The notes under the pieces were generated by a model, which had not been told where the DNA came from, did not search any database, and saw nothing but the letters and a program-made list of their open reading frames with translations. Position numbers and translations under genes: made by a program. DNA of 64,000 bases, from positions 91,450,001 through 91,514,000 of the forward strand of contig OX597814.1 of NCBI GenBank assembly GCA_951406725.2. The letters are read 5' to 3'. Each line of letters begins with the position of its first letter. Position 1 is the first letter of the stretch. Shown in pieces: positions 1 to 14,040 of this stretch. This DNA is from Octopus vulgaris. Taxonomy: Eukaryota.

Positions 1-14
1 CTGTATTTCAATTT

Positions 15-216
15 ATGACTGCTTGTGAGTTAAGAAGTTTTGTTTCCCAACAGCGTGGTTCCGGTTTCAATCCTACTGCGTGACATATTGGGCAAGTGTC
101 TTTTACTATAGTCCCGCACTAACCAAAGCTTTATCAATGACTTTCGGAGACGGAAAATGAACGAAGCCCATATATGTACATGCGTGTGTGCATCTGTGCG
201 CGTGTTTGTGCGCGTT

Positions 217-291
<75 letters not shown>

Positions 292-480
292 ATGCTTGTG
301 TTTCAAAATTGGTGTCGGTTTGGTTACTTCCACGTAACCTAGCGGTTCGGCTGAAATAATCGATAGAACAAATACCAGGTTTTAGATACTTAAGAACTCT
401 GGTCGACATGCTCTACTAAACTCTTCAAGGTGGTGCACCAACATGGCACTGTCTAAAGGTGGGAAACAAATGAAAGATGA
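15..480 (+). mobile_element. SINE family A (tRNA-like head, internal microsatellite)
   Basis: Head GGTTCC..TCAATCCTACTGCGTG..GGGCAAGTGTC, internal (TG)n, tail CATGGC..AAACAA; homologous to 2803-3278 and 40637-41068. Confidence 0.75.
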
Positions 481-2802
481 ACGAACTGCAAGTAAGAAAT
501 TAAAGTATGGGATATGTGATTTTTCGAATGAACTTCACATTAGGACCATCGTGTACATTAGAATCATCGAAGAAGCATCCTTGTTTAATATCCAGATAAA
601 CTCATGCTCATTGCTGTAAGCGAAGACACAAATCAGACACAGTTTACCCCCACTGACAGATTTCAGCCGTACATAGTTGTAGTATATTTAAGAAAATAGG
701 ATGACTAGCCTGGTGAGCGTTAATTATGTTTACCAGAATATGACCTCGGTGGAATTTAAATGCAAAACGTAAAGCTGTAAGAAATGCCGCAAAATATTTC
801 TTACGGTTTTACGTGCTAAAGATTCTTCCAGCTCACCGCCTTGGGCTACTCTCCGAATTTTATCGAAGTGAGTTGCAACAAATACTGAATGAAAATAACT
901 GTTTACAATAATTTTATATATTTATCATTTAAATTTAATGTTTCAAGAAATATTAAGACTAAATTAGCATTTATTTCAAAAACTGAAACAGTAATAAATT
1001 GATTTTCAAGATAAATAACGTTGAACTATTTTTGGTTGTTAAATTTTAGTTACTGAAGATTTCAAGATCTGATATAATTTTTTTTTTTTTTTTACTGATA
1101 TTTAAATTTTAAAACCAAGTCGTTACAAAGATATAATAGAACCTTATTTTCCTGCGCTTCAGGTTTTATTTACAATTATTTGTTCACCAGCGGATAGACA
1201 GCTCAGCAATTAAGTAAAATACGTTTCTGGTGTCTACAGTTCTTCTCCTGAGCAAAAATTTACAAAACTAATATTGTAAATCTCCTGCAGATCTCACAGA
1301 GTACATATTCTACATGATCATTTTTGACATATTCATTGACTTACGAAACAGTTGTGTAGTGAATTTATAAAACCCTTTAACGATTTTATTCATCTCATCA
1401 GCTCTAAAAAAAGCATAAAACTATAAAACTCGAGTCGTATATCTTCTGCGCTTGTATCAAAGTTACTCTTCTTACTTTCTTTAGTTTATTACAAACAGTT
1501 TCACTTTTGATTTGCCTGCTTTAGTATTTGTCAGGTAAGACATCTTATGGGAGCCTATCAGGAATGAAAACTCAGCGAGCAAATTTTCTTCTGCTGAAAT
1601 TAAAACGAAGATAGATTTAAGTTCTAAATTTGCATATGCGACATGGCAAAGAACGCCGAATTATGCGTGAACAAACTCTAATCAATCACTTTATTAATAA
1701 AAAGGAGGGATTTTGAATAATAATTTTGGGAAGTAATTGGCTGTTAGATGTGTTTGTGAACCCCTGGTCAAGGTGCATTATTATTTCTAAAACATCATAG
1801 AATTTGATAAATAGATATATTCGACAACAGAGGGAAAGTATACGTAAGTTCCATGAATAAAAAAAATATTTATAAAACAATACATTTCATACTTTTGATA
1901 GCCAGAACTGTCAACTTCTTTCTCATAATACCCATAATCATTAAGCAATAAACATTTTCCATTTTTATCATGAAATATTAATATTGGCTTCAAATTTTGG
2001 CACAAGACCAGCAACGTACTGGGAGTGAATGAGTAGATTGCATCACCTCCAGTGATCGAGTGGTGCTTATTTAAGTAAACCTCGGTGGAATTTGAACTCA
2101 GAATGTAAAGACGAAATCCCATTAGACATTATGCCCAGTGAACTAACAATTCTGCCAGCTCACCACTTCGCAAAGAATCACTCTTAAGAGGAAGTAACAT
2201 TAATAATTCTTCACTCGTTATAAAATATATTATCGTGACGATGAATAGCTAGTTTTCTTGAATCGGTTTTGCTTCCGTTAATTTTAATTATTCTAAATGA
2301 CACTCAAAATCAAAATACATAAGTATGACGGTATTTCAGAGAGAAAATAGAGAGGAAAATTTTAAAGATCTTTCGGTAATTAATTAAGAAGAAATATGTC
2401 AGAATGAGTAGCATGTTTACTTGCAAATTTAAGGCGTGAAAAATGCCACTAATTTTTATTTTCCTTTTAATTTTATGTATCCAATTTTTGTAATAGCTAA
2501 CATTTCTAACAACGTTCTTAAATTTTAAAATAAGTCCTTATTCAGAATAATTTTTGTAAGTAACTCAAAATAAAGTTGCTTAGGGTTATATTCGGTTAAT
2601 TGAATACATAAAAAATAGTGCATTGTCTTGGGATCTCAATTCGTTGGATTACATTTTGATATATTACCACTTAAATCTTCTTAAATCTGATCTCAACCGA
2701 AAAAAAATAGTCGACAGTAAGAAATTGCTACATTAAGATCGAATACCATTTTGCGATTTATTCGACTTTCTCATCACTCTACTGTCTGAACCAAAGTTTT
2801 GA

Positions 2803-3052
2803 CATGGATGTGTGGTAAGAAACTTGCTTCTCAACCACATGTTTCCGGGTTCAGTCTCACTTCATGGCACCTTGGGCAAGTGTTTTCTAATATAGCCTCG
2901 GGTCAACCAAAGCATTGTGAGTGGATTTAGTAGACAAGCTGTCGTATATATATATATATACATACATACATACATACATATACATACATAGATAGATACA
3001 TACATACATACAAACATACATATATACATACATACATACATACATACATACA

Positions 3053-3084
<32 letters not shown>

Positions 3085-3278
3085 CGTATATATTTGTGTG
3101 TCTGTGTTTGTCCTTCGACGTCGGTGTGTTTAAATCCCCGTAACTTAGCAGTTCTGCAAAAGTGACCGATAGAATAAGCACTATGCTTAGAAAGTCCTGA
3201 GGTCGATTTGTTCGACTAAAAGCGGTGTTCCAGCATGGCCGCAGTCAAATGACTGAAGCAAATAAAATAATAAAAGAA
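2803..3278 (+). mobile_element. SINE family A copy
   Basis: GTGTGGTAAGAAACTTGCTTC...GGCACCTTGGGCAAGTG...(ATAC)n...CCAGCATGGCCGCAGTCAAATGACTGA. Confidence 0.8.
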
Positions 3279-4082
3279 CATCTAGTCTCGAAATTTTCGG
3301 ACGAATAGACATAGACGAATAATACTTATTTTAATGAAGACAACTAATTCATTCATAGAATAATTCAAACAAGTTTATTCACAAATCTGATTAAGAAGTT
3401 TACTCCATTGATACGGTTCAATTGTACTGCACATATCTTCTACTTGACGAGAATTTGAGAGCTATAGCACAAGCGCTTTGGGTTTTAATATTTCGCTTAG
3501 GTATTACAATATTAATAACCTAGTGAACTCAATATAAATATGCATCTGCATGTTTGAAGCCCTGATGAAACTGTAAGGAGTTCCTCAGGCACTCATCTAC
3601 GAAACCAACACATCTCATTGTGAAATCAGCAGTAAGCTAACGAAGCTCATAAGATAGTCATCTATTCTTTTGTCTACTCTTTTTCATATATAGGTGTGTG
3701 TGTGTGTGTATAATTTTTACTTCCTTCAGCCATTACACTGCTCGGGTACTGCATTACATGTTGGGGTACTGCATTGTGAGATTTTCGTCGAATTCACCCT
3801 AATTTTCATTATTTTAAGCCTGGTATGTATCCATGCATTCTATCGGTTACTTTTACTGAACGAATAAGTTACGGCGATGTACAGAGACCAACACTGGTCG
3901 TCAAGCGGTGGTGGAGAACAAAGAGAGACACATACATTATAATATCATAGGCTAATTACTAACCTTAAAATCCACACCCTTTAATGGGACTTTAATGGAA
4001 GTCAAACTAATTCAATAAAGGAATTAGACATATACGAATAATATATAATTTACTGAAGGCAACCAATTCATTTACACGCTGG

Positions 4083-4169
<87 letters not shown>

Positions 4170-4171
<2 letters not shown>

Positions 4172-4376
4172 CATAATGCAACCAGATCTGAATCGTTGGC
4201 GAGTTTCTTCCTCCGTCTTCCCTTCTATTGGACTTTCCTCTGTTTCCGAAGAAGGGTCTCAGCTCGAAACGTTAAACCATCTTTCTTTCCTTCCTTGAGC
4301 GTCTTCTAATACTTTACATGTACCAAGTGATCACGTTGATTTTTTTGTGTGTTTGTTCGTCTCTTTTGGACTAACT
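4170..4376 (+). mobile_element. Solo pLTR fragment related to the 54-60 kb Penelope family, with a hammerhead-like motif (4242-4277)
   Basis: Shares TCTTCCCTTCT...CTCGAAACGTTAAACC...GAGCGTC...AATACT...TTGGA(C)TAAC with the pLTR; core CCGAAGA; embedded in (TA)n. Confidence 0.7.
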
Positions 4377-4399
4377 ATATATATATATATATATGTATA

Positions 4400-4705
4400 T
4401 ACAAAAGTCGAGATCACATCACATAACATTGCAACACAGTTTCTTCACTGCACATGGTCTTGCATTTTTCAATGTTATCCCGAAAGAAATTAAAGTAAAA
4501 AAAGACCCCAAAACTTTCAAACGGTACCTGGAGAAATTCCTCCAGGAAATACCGGATAAACTACCTACATACCTCTCAACCAACAACAACAACTCTCTAC
4601 TTGAGTGGTCCATGGTGAACCGAAATAATTAACTGAAAGACTGCTCCAGGTGGTTCCATTGAGTTAGCCATGGTCTGGGCCGATAATGGTCGAAACCAAT
4701 CTAAG

Positions 4706-4706
<1 letters not shown>
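4400..4706 (+). mobile_element. CR1/L2-group LINE extreme 3' end
   Basis: FFNVIPKEIK..FKRYLEKFLQEIPD...NNNSLLEW, similar to the C-terminus at 42500-42620; short UTR then (TA)n. Confidence 0.7.
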
Positions 4707-4759
<53 letters not shown>

Positions 4760-4879
4760 CCCTGCTCGCTTAGCCAGCGGGGTGGCATCATTTGAAGGCT
4801 AAAACAATACGAAGCACATTGTGACCAGCGATGTGTAGCAGCAGTTTTTTTATTCTTTTTTCATTACAAGGTTTTTATG

Positions 4880-5587
4880 GACTAGGCTCTGGAAATTCAT
4901 TATGGAAAACATATGGCACCGCTCAACGCACCATGTGATGAAATTGTTCTAACAAATTCAAGGGTCAATTATTCAAACCCAGAGAGCACCAAAGATAATT
5001 GCAGTCCATAAAGTGTAGAGTGTGGTCTGCAATTATGGTGGATGAGATAATCGAGTCATATTTCTTTGAGGACGATGAAGGGAATGCTGTCACTGTGAAT
5101 GGTGAGCGGTACAGGTCCATGATCCAGAACTTTTGGAGCCCGGCCATTCAATATATGTCTAATATGTGGTTCCAACAGGATGAGGTAACTGGTTATACCG
5201 CAAGAGAGACAATACAGTTGATGAGGCAATATTTTGTAGAATTATCTCTCGCTACTGCGATGTCAACTGGCCATCGCGTTCCCTAGACTTGACCAGCCCT
5301 GACTTGTGGGGAGACCTGGTGCAATTGAGGGAAAATATCACTAGAGAGATCAGGGAACTGGACCCTGATTACAGCTGTCACAGAACATATTTTGTGAAGC
5401 TGAAAATGGACGCTATTTAAAAGGTGTCATATTTGATACGTAATGCAGAGGTATGATGAAAAAAGACTAATGCAAACTAATCTCCAATATCTCCTCCATA
5501 TTAAATTAAAATTTCATATACCTATTTGTAAAAATAAGGGAGTTATTAAAAATTAAAACTCTTCAGAGACATTTGGACCACCATGTA
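4880..5587 (+). mobile_element. Tc1/mariner-superfamily transposon 3' fragment
   Basis: KCRVWSAI...YFFEDDEGNAVTVNGERYRSMI...WFQQD, then WPSRSLDLT after a frameshift; TIR-like end GGACCACCATGTA. Confidence 0.8.
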
Positions 5588-5618
5588 TGTATATATAATT
5601 ATACATATATATATAATT

Positions 5619-5678
<60 letters not shown>

Positions 5679-6726
5679 CATGGCGAGGGAGAATACGTTC
5701 ACTCAATAAAAATGTGAGCTATAATATTCATACATTTGAAATACACTAAATTTAGGGTAACCATATCAATGTGTTAATGTAGGATAAATTATCAATATGT
5801 AACAATAACATATTTAAGCATTTGTGATTTTTTATTTTCTCCTTTTCTCTATGTTCAGCACTGCTCTTTGCTCGAAAGTATTTCATATCTTTGCTGCGTT
5901 GAGTGGATCGGGGAAAAAATTGTCCCTGAATGGTGTCACAATGTACAGCATGAACTTTTCCCCTATAACATGAGTGCATTTCAACAAAGTTAGCAAGCAC
6001 AATAATCGTCACATTTTCAGTGTTTTTTTCCGGAGCATACACAGATACTTCGTATGAGATTTAAAAAAAAACTTATTATTGATAGTGTCAAACCATAACA
6101 TAGTGCACAAGATATTTTTTTATCTCCTTTCGTGATCAATTACCAACATAAATTTGGCAACCCAATAAAGTCTTTCGCGAATTTAAGTATCTCATAATGA
6201 GTATGAACATGACTCTCTAACGATGTAAAATTTCCCTATTTATATTATGTGGAAGTATAAAAATATGAAGAATTTAATGCTTCAGAGAGCCGTTAAATAT
6301 GCTCATCTAGTTAGATTTATGCTAATATTTCCATGATTAAGATATTATAGCATATATGCCTCATTTCTATATTTCGCTACTTTATTTCTGGTACAATGGT
6401 TATATCGAAAGCTATAAACTGACCATTATTTCCAGTACACGCGCGATTTTTTTTTTTTTTTTTTTTGCGAATGGAGCGGAGCCTTCGAGCAAACACATTT
6501 ATCTTTACGCATACGAAAGGTAGAATACCTTTTTACGCATGTAGAAGTATATATATGCATGACATCCTGAATACGAAAAAGAAAAAGGAGAGGGGGAAAG
6601 GAGGAGAGACAGTCAGATAAACAGAGCGCGAGTGACAAAAATGTTGAGAGCCTGAAAGGAAAATACCTTTATTGTAATTTAGATAATGCAAACCACCCTG
6701 TTTGTTACAGGATAACAGCTAGCTAG

Positions 6727-6810
6727 TTAGATAGATAAATAGATATATGGATAGATAGATAGATAGATGATGATGATGATGATGATGATGATAACAATAA
6801 TAATAATATT

Positions 6811-6863
<53 letters not shown>

Positions 6864-6917
6864 TAATAATAATAACAATAATAATGATAATGATGATAAT
6901 GATAATGATGATAATAC

Positions 6918-6980
<63 letters not shown>
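6727..6980. repeat. Compound microsatellite (GATA)n-(GAT)n-(AAT)n
   Basis: Directly visible. Confidence 0.95.
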
Positions 6981-6982
<2 letters not shown>

Positions 6983-7517
6983 GGCACTACTAAGCACCAC
7001 ACACATCCTACGTAAAACACTCTCAATACAGTAAAAATAAGAGCTTCACAACAAATCACACCACATACCCAAGGCACACAGAGCTGCGCTCGGTAGTGCA
7101 GTGGGAGCACATGATACACATAAGAGTACTGAATAATAATAACAACAACAACAACTACAACAACAGCAATAATAATAATAATAATAATAAATAAGGACAA
7201 AGTTGTCAGAGATCACCAAGAAAACTTGCTTTCTTATCGATACCAACAGATGACAATGTTTCTCTAAAACAAGCGGAGAAACTTTCAAACTGCAAAGATA
7301 TGGAAATAGAGATGACTCGAATGTGGAGTCTAAAACCATAAACAATTCCTATCATAGTAGGCGCACACAGCACTACTAGGCACTGGACATGTACTACGTA
7401 AAACACTTTCAATCCAGTAAAATTAAGAGCATTACAACAAACCACTATACATACCCAAGACACACAGAGCTGCGCTTGGTAGTGTAGACAAAGCACGGGA
7501 TAAACATAAGACTACTC

Positions 7518-7575
<58 letters not shown>
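6980..7575 (+). mobile_element. Tandem 3' fragments of an R4/Dong-like (RLE) LINE within (AAT)n
   Basis: 7195-7365 encodes an RLE remnant (FLID..TDDNVSLK..EKLS..KDMEIEMTRMWSLK..IPIIVGA). The 3' end plus UTR occurs twice (about 6980-7135 and 7365-7520), each followed by (AAT)n. Confidence 0.75.
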
Positions 7576-7576
<1 letters not shown>

Positions 7577-8079
7577 CAGGCAGTGGCTCTCATGGCTTCT
7601 GATCTTAACTGATTGGAAGTGTTATCATGTACATTGTTTTGTCTTGGTATAAAAGATGGGCTACAGCAAATATTCTGCTCAATACCACAGATTTGCTTGT
7701 CAGTTGTTTGACCTTAACCAGTTGAGCATGTCCCTTAGTGGCTGACGATATGTGCATCTCTGATCACAAGCAGAAGTAGTGGGGGAGCATCATAGCTATG
7801 TGTTGTGGGGGATTCTTTGGGGTTTGAATAATTCCCCGCTGAAAACATGGATGTTTCGTTCAACATCATTAAGCAACCCTTATTCAGGGACCTTTTGAGC
7901 AGGATGGGTTACTCTACAAGAAGAAAATTCTAACTGGGCCCCACCTGCAAGGTCATGTGCTTTTTATCTTGATATGAGATCACCATGTCGCGCACATATG
8001 GTCGTGATGCATGTGCCTCGTGTACTCTTATCAGACGGGAAGTCATGATGGGTATACTGGGCTTCCTATACTCTCACTC

Positions 8080-8080
<1 letters not shown>
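7577..8080 (+). repeat. Unclassified ~500-bp interspersed repeat embedded in (AAT)n
   Basis: More GC-rich block with sharp (AAT)n boundaries on both sides; no protein motif recognised. Confidence 0.5.
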
Positions 8081-8125
<45 letters not shown>

Positions 8126-8539
8126 TTGAGAAATCTATTGCCATCTGATTTCTCTGTCTGCCTTATCTTCAACATTCTTATAAATTGTCCTTACATTCTT
8201 TCCTTTATCCATTTATTTTCAGTTTCATTCATTCTCAAGGGCTTGCACTGTGCTTTATCTTCGCAATCTTTCATCCTACATAAGCCTGAATCGTCTTACT
8301 TCCAATAATAGCGTTTCTGTGGCATTTTTTTACATATCATGCTATGTTGCTTTCTTCTGCTCTCATACTGTGTTCGCATCCAATCAGTCCTCTTCCCCCA
8401 ACTTTTTCTTGGTACATACAGCCTGTTTGCGTCACACTTTAGGTAGAATAACCCATGTCTAGTCAGCAACTTCCTTGTCTTTCTGTCTAAGCTATTTAGT
8501 TCGTCTAGTGTATATGCGATTACCCCTGCTCTGTATCTC

Positions 8540-9120
8540 TAATCAGCGCTGCCCAAGAGAAGCATTAAGAACCAATTCCACCAAATACAGACTAGACAAC
8601 ACATCAAAAAGTAATAAATGCACGATTTGTGGACAAAATGGTGAAACCGTATGGTATATTACCAATCAATGTACGCCACTAGCCCAGAAAGAATATAAGA
8701 GATGCCATGACAACATTGCAAGGATTGTCCATTGGACACTTTGCAACAAGTATGGACTTGACACGATAAAAATGTGATACGAACATAAACCCAAAGACAT
8801 CATCGAAAATGATAATGCAAAGATCCTATAGGATTTTATGATTCATTGTGACCATTAGATAGAGAATAGGAAACCAGACATAGTGGTAATTGCATCATAG
8901 ATATAGCATGCCCAGCTGACAATAAGGTATGCGATGAAGAAGACAGAAAAGTTGATAGATATGACAGGTTAGCTTGGGAGGTTAAGCAGTTGTGGTCGAT
9001 GAAAAAGGCAGTAGAAGTAGTACCAATAATTGTAGGAGCCCTGAGAACAGTGAGTAAAAATCTTGAAAAGTACATGGAACAAATAGGGGCAGCAATAATG
9101 GTGGAGCACTTGCAGAACAC
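8540..9120 (+). mobile_element. R4/Dong-like LINE fragment (zinc knuckle plus restriction-like endonuclease)
   Basis: KCTICGQNGETVWYITNQCTPLAQKEYKRCHDNIARIVHW, RKPD, IIDIACPAD, YDRLAWEVKQLW, VPIIVGAL, with stops. Confidence 0.85.
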
Positions 9121-9312
9121 ACCGCTATGTTACCTTAGTTCACTTGTAGTAAACAGGTGACACAGTACTACATCTCCAACAAGAACAACAAGAACAAGAA
9201 CAACAACAACAACAACAATAATAATAATAATGATAGACAGGTTTCTGCTCCATTAAAAAAAGTGTTCTTACACTGAAATCTATGTCTTTCCCCTCTCTCT
9301 CTCTTCCCTTTG

Positions 9313-9314
<2 letters not shown>

Positions 9315-9364
<50 letters not shown>

Positions 9365-9366
9365 CA

Positions 9367-9397
<31 letters not shown>

Positions 9398-9449
9398 CCG
9401 ATTGCAAACCACGCACACATAAGTAGGTATATATGTACATATATATAAG

Positions 9450-9542
<93 letters not shown>

Positions 9543-9570
9543 ATATATATGTCTCTGAAAATCATATAAC

Positions 9571-9643
<73 letters not shown>

Positions 9644-9680
9644 AGAGAGAGAGAGAGACAAACAGACAGACAGACTGAGA
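9315..9680. repeat. Compound microsatellite (TA)n/(ATAC)n/(TG)n/(GA)n
   Basis: Directly visible. Confidence 0.95.
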
Positions 9681-10281
9681 TTGATAAAAGGTTGATAGAA
9701 TAGAATTGCAGTGACGGAAATTAAACCACACATCTATATACGTGTGTGTTTAGGTTCATGTGTGTGCATCTTTGTTTTTTCTTTGCAGGGCACATGCATA
9801 TCAACCGCTTTCAATTATTACACTTAGATCATGCGCTTTTTAATTATTTGAATTACCCGAGGCCATAAATTGTGTACGTATCAATCTTACATTTCACTGG
9901 TTTGGTTGTTGGTCAATGCTGTCCAAAAGGCATAAACCTTTATTCCAAGCCGCACTACTAAAGAAGAAAAAATGCTATGTTTTCTTTAACGGTATTTTAA
10001 TTCAAAGAAAGTAATAATCCATTGAGATTATCTACCATTTTGAGTCAGTTGCAATTGCAGGATAGTTGAACTATTTACCGTCAATTTCAGCAAAGATGTT
10101 TCTACGCGGTAAGAAGTTGCCTCATATACTATTTAGTATAGTGTCTTGTTATAGGCCGCTGTGTGGTATTTCTTGTCTTTCATTCATTGGACATTTTGCA
10201 TTTCATTCCTATATCCAATAGTATGTAGGTATTACTCAGTATATATATATATACTCCGTCTTTTGTTTTTATGTAAATTTC

Positions 10282-10366
<85 letters not shown>

Positions 10367-10414
10367 ATATACATATATATGTATATATATATGTATATGC
10401 GTGTATATAAATAA

Positions 10415-10452
<38 letters not shown>

Positions 10453-10902
10453 ATAAATATATATATACATAAATATGTATAAACATATACATACATACAT
10501 ATACATCTGTGGCGCACTCCTGTGTATAATGCTATATATATTGCGCTTGAGACAGAAGTGCTCAATACGTTGCAGAGGGTAATTCGTTTTCTTTTTTTGC
10601 GTGGGGTAGGACGTAACTGAAAGTGACAGTTTGTAGATGAGTATGTTTATATATATATATATATAAATTTAAATAATAGGGGTGAAAAATTGAATACTAA
10701 TTTGATTAATATCAATTTTAAGCAAGTGGCCTAGCATATTGAAAAATCTGAAGATTCAGAAAAATCACATTACATACATATAATAGGGGGTGACCACTAA
10801 GTGGTCAGTTATTATGCCAGAGGAAGACCCCATATGTTCTGACAACTAAGAAAAGATTGTACTGAAGAAAATTCAGCAAACGCCAGAACGTAAGCGAGCA
10901 AG

Positions 10903-10965
<63 letters not shown>

Positions 10966-11684
10966 TTTCATGCATTTATATATTCAATTAAAGTTACAAT
11001 GAAGAATGTGGAAAACATTTCAAGGATTCTCCATTTGGGTTCATTGGGTGAACATATGTTTAGATATCGGAATACACACACACACACTCACACACGAACA
11101 GTAACGAAACAAACACTTGTTTGCTATTGTGAAACCTACACGCACAAATGTATACACAAACATGTGTACATCAGAACGTGTGCACACAAATATGTATACC
11201 CCAACAAACTACAATCCTCAAGATCTCTTTTAGCTTGAAACAAATTTGCTACTTTGTTAGCGACCAACTTGAACTCTGCCAAAGACGGAAACACTCAAAA
11301 TAAACACCAAAGAAACACACATACATATATTATATATATATATATATACATGTCAATATACATGTGTGTGTGAGTGTGTATGTGTGTGTGCGTGCTTCCA
11401 ATCTACTTCCGCGTATATAAATGGTTTAAATGGATGACTTCATTTACGTGTATGTATGTTTTTTACGTGTATCCTCTGTAATATAAGCAATGTTGTAAGA
11501 CCTGTTTCCATTTGATTTTATCTCGTCAAGATTTTTGAACGCATTTAGAATGCATTTATTAGAATGAGGAATAGTCATGTATGGATTACTCAAAGGCAAA
11601 TCCTCCTGACCTCCTCCTCGTCCTCCTGCTCCTTAGTATAATTGTTACTATCATCATTGTTATTATTTATTATTATTATTATCT

Positions 11685-11730
<46 letters not shown>

Positions 11731-12009
11731 CGTTGCTCTAGCATCATGATGAAACCTGGTAAGTCATCGCAAAATTTCCTCATTAGTTCCATAAATAACA
11801 AATGTTGTTATTTTTTTCTAGTTTTAAACCTTGTAATTCGTAATTAGTACTTATCACAGCATTATGAATATTCATATTCTTTCGTCATTCTTATTCTCAT
11901 TGGCTGTTTAACCATTGAATTTATATTAAAGAGACACAATTTTCTGAAGAGTATTATTTCGTTAATAACTTCTTCAGTAAGCTTTTTCGAACACAAATAT
12001 TTTTTGACA

Positions 12010-12237
12010 ATGAAGTTTCCTATTGGTGTTTACTTTCTACTGATTCCATTTTGTTCGGGACAGTTTCCCGAAAGAATAAGGACCAAAGGAGCTATGGGCA
12101 ATAAAGTTGTCAGTGACGTTGTTGAGAAACTGGCTACCAAAGGAATTTTTTCGAATAAGCACCTTCTACGAAAACTAGCTGCCATTCAAAGTAAGGATGG
12201 TGTTCCATTTAAGCCTCATAGTGGTGGCCTGTGGCGG
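12010..12237 (+). CDS. Coding exon 1 of a secreted multi-chitin-binding-domain protein (signal peptide plus first half of the N-terminal domain)
   Basis: ATG at 12010; MKFPIGVYFLLIPFCSG-Q resembles a signal peptide. The frame ends ...GGLWR at a GTAAGT donor (12238), phase 0. Confidence 0.82.
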
Positions 12238-12984
12238 GTAAGTTAAATTCAATTTATTTTACAAGCATTTTGTAGCGTTATCTAAGATACAGTAAATAAA
12301 AATAATTTTTATATAGGCGTAAGTTTTCATGGAAATATGGAAAAGTAACAAAGACCTTTTATTTTCACAATAATTTTTTTTATATGATTCGAAATACAGC
12401 GTTCTCTGTCGATTGCACTGTTTCTTTGATGTTCAGATATGCTTTTGCTGTAATTTAATAAGTGAGTGAGATAGGGGAGCGAGAGAGCCTGCAAATGTTC
12501 AAAATATACTCAAAAGCATTGTGAGCTTACATAAAATATAATGATCTGCAACTCCAAGCAAAATATAATGGTTCATAGCTTTACTAATCCTTACTCATGC
12601 TCAATTTCCTTTGCTCGTTTATAATATTCTTTTCTTCCAGAGTTGATTAAATTGAACGATAAATACGATGCTTCAAACTGAAGGCAAGTAAAACACTAAA
12701 AGACGAGATTTGATGCTAAGATATTGTAATAGTTCATCTTAGGTGAGCACACAATAGGAAAGGATTTAATACAATTTGAATTTGAAACGGAAAGATTCAA
12801 CCGAATTATTGTTTCACCTGCAGGGGTCGTAACCGATTCAGGTTAGCTACATTTCAAACGACACCCCAGAAGTATTTGACATGTTGATCGTTTCTCTACT
12901 GATTAAATGATCAACATTCAGCACCCCATACGCACACCTTCCCAAGAAAATACATACAAGCACACAAATTACACATAAACGTGC

Positions 12985-13031
<47 letters not shown>

Positions 13032-13459
13032 TACATATACACTCACACGCACATACACACAAACACAAGCACACACACATATGTATGTATCTTGGTGTAT
13101 CTGCTATTGCTTAGTGCATCATTGTAGTACGGTGAGGCATCGTTTAAAGTTACCTCGTTCGACGACAGTGAGAAAATATGCTTGCCAGTATTACTAACCA
13201 TATTTTTGAGAATACTGGTCGTGTGATTTGATCCTTTGTTGATACAGAATAGATTTGTGGAATAGATCTCCTATGTCGTCAGTAGATATAACCCAAGAAG
13301 TGTCATATTGTGCCAGCACCCCTTTTTCCACAATCCATCGAACTTTATTATACAGAACTCTTTGCCGCACTATATATTACATAATAACCTAATAATTTTA
13401 GACATACATCTTTCAAACGTTAATCTTATTTTAATTTCTATTTTTATATTATTATGGAG

Positions 13460-14040
13460 ATGTACTTGCATAGCATGTGACCTGATCTGAGATCGTTTGC
13501 TAGAACGAAAACAATTGCAGCGTGGATGGTGTTTATAAGCCATGTAAGAAACACACAGAAACTGTCAGATTCACTTCAACATTAAATCTACTTTGTCAAA
13601 ATATTTTCGTCGCTTTGTGACCGCGACCTGTTCACTGACAAAACTCCGTGCTGCGATGAGGAACATTTTACAATAATTCTCTAAACTCGTCTGACATAAA
13701 TTGAGTTTCATTATCTGACACAACGGTATCAGGAATAGCATATCTGATAATCAGTAAGTGCAAAAGACTTATTGTAACAGCAGATGTCGGCTTTTTATAT
13801 TTATGCACTTCTGCCACTTTGAAAAACTGTCCATCACAAGAAGGTAATATCCACCCTTAAGCTGATCTGCGTAATCAACATGCAGTCTGGACATGCAGCA
13901 CGGAATTTAGTCAGTGAACAAGTCGCAGTCTCAAAGCGACGAAAATATTTCGACAGATTAAATTTAAATGTTGAATTGAATCTAACGGTTTTTGTGTGTT
14001 TCTTAAATGGATTATAAACACCTCCCACGCTGCAATTGTT
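13460..14040. repeat. Diverged inverted repeat (about 13510-13654 / 13895-14040) containing a hammerhead-like fold
   Basis: The roughly 145-bp arms are reverse complements with scattered substitutions; spacer about 240 bp. Confidence 0.8.

Noticed and set aside
3555-3640. Hammerhead at CTGATGA (3562)
   Set aside because: Could not build stems II, III and I around a correctly placed GAAA.
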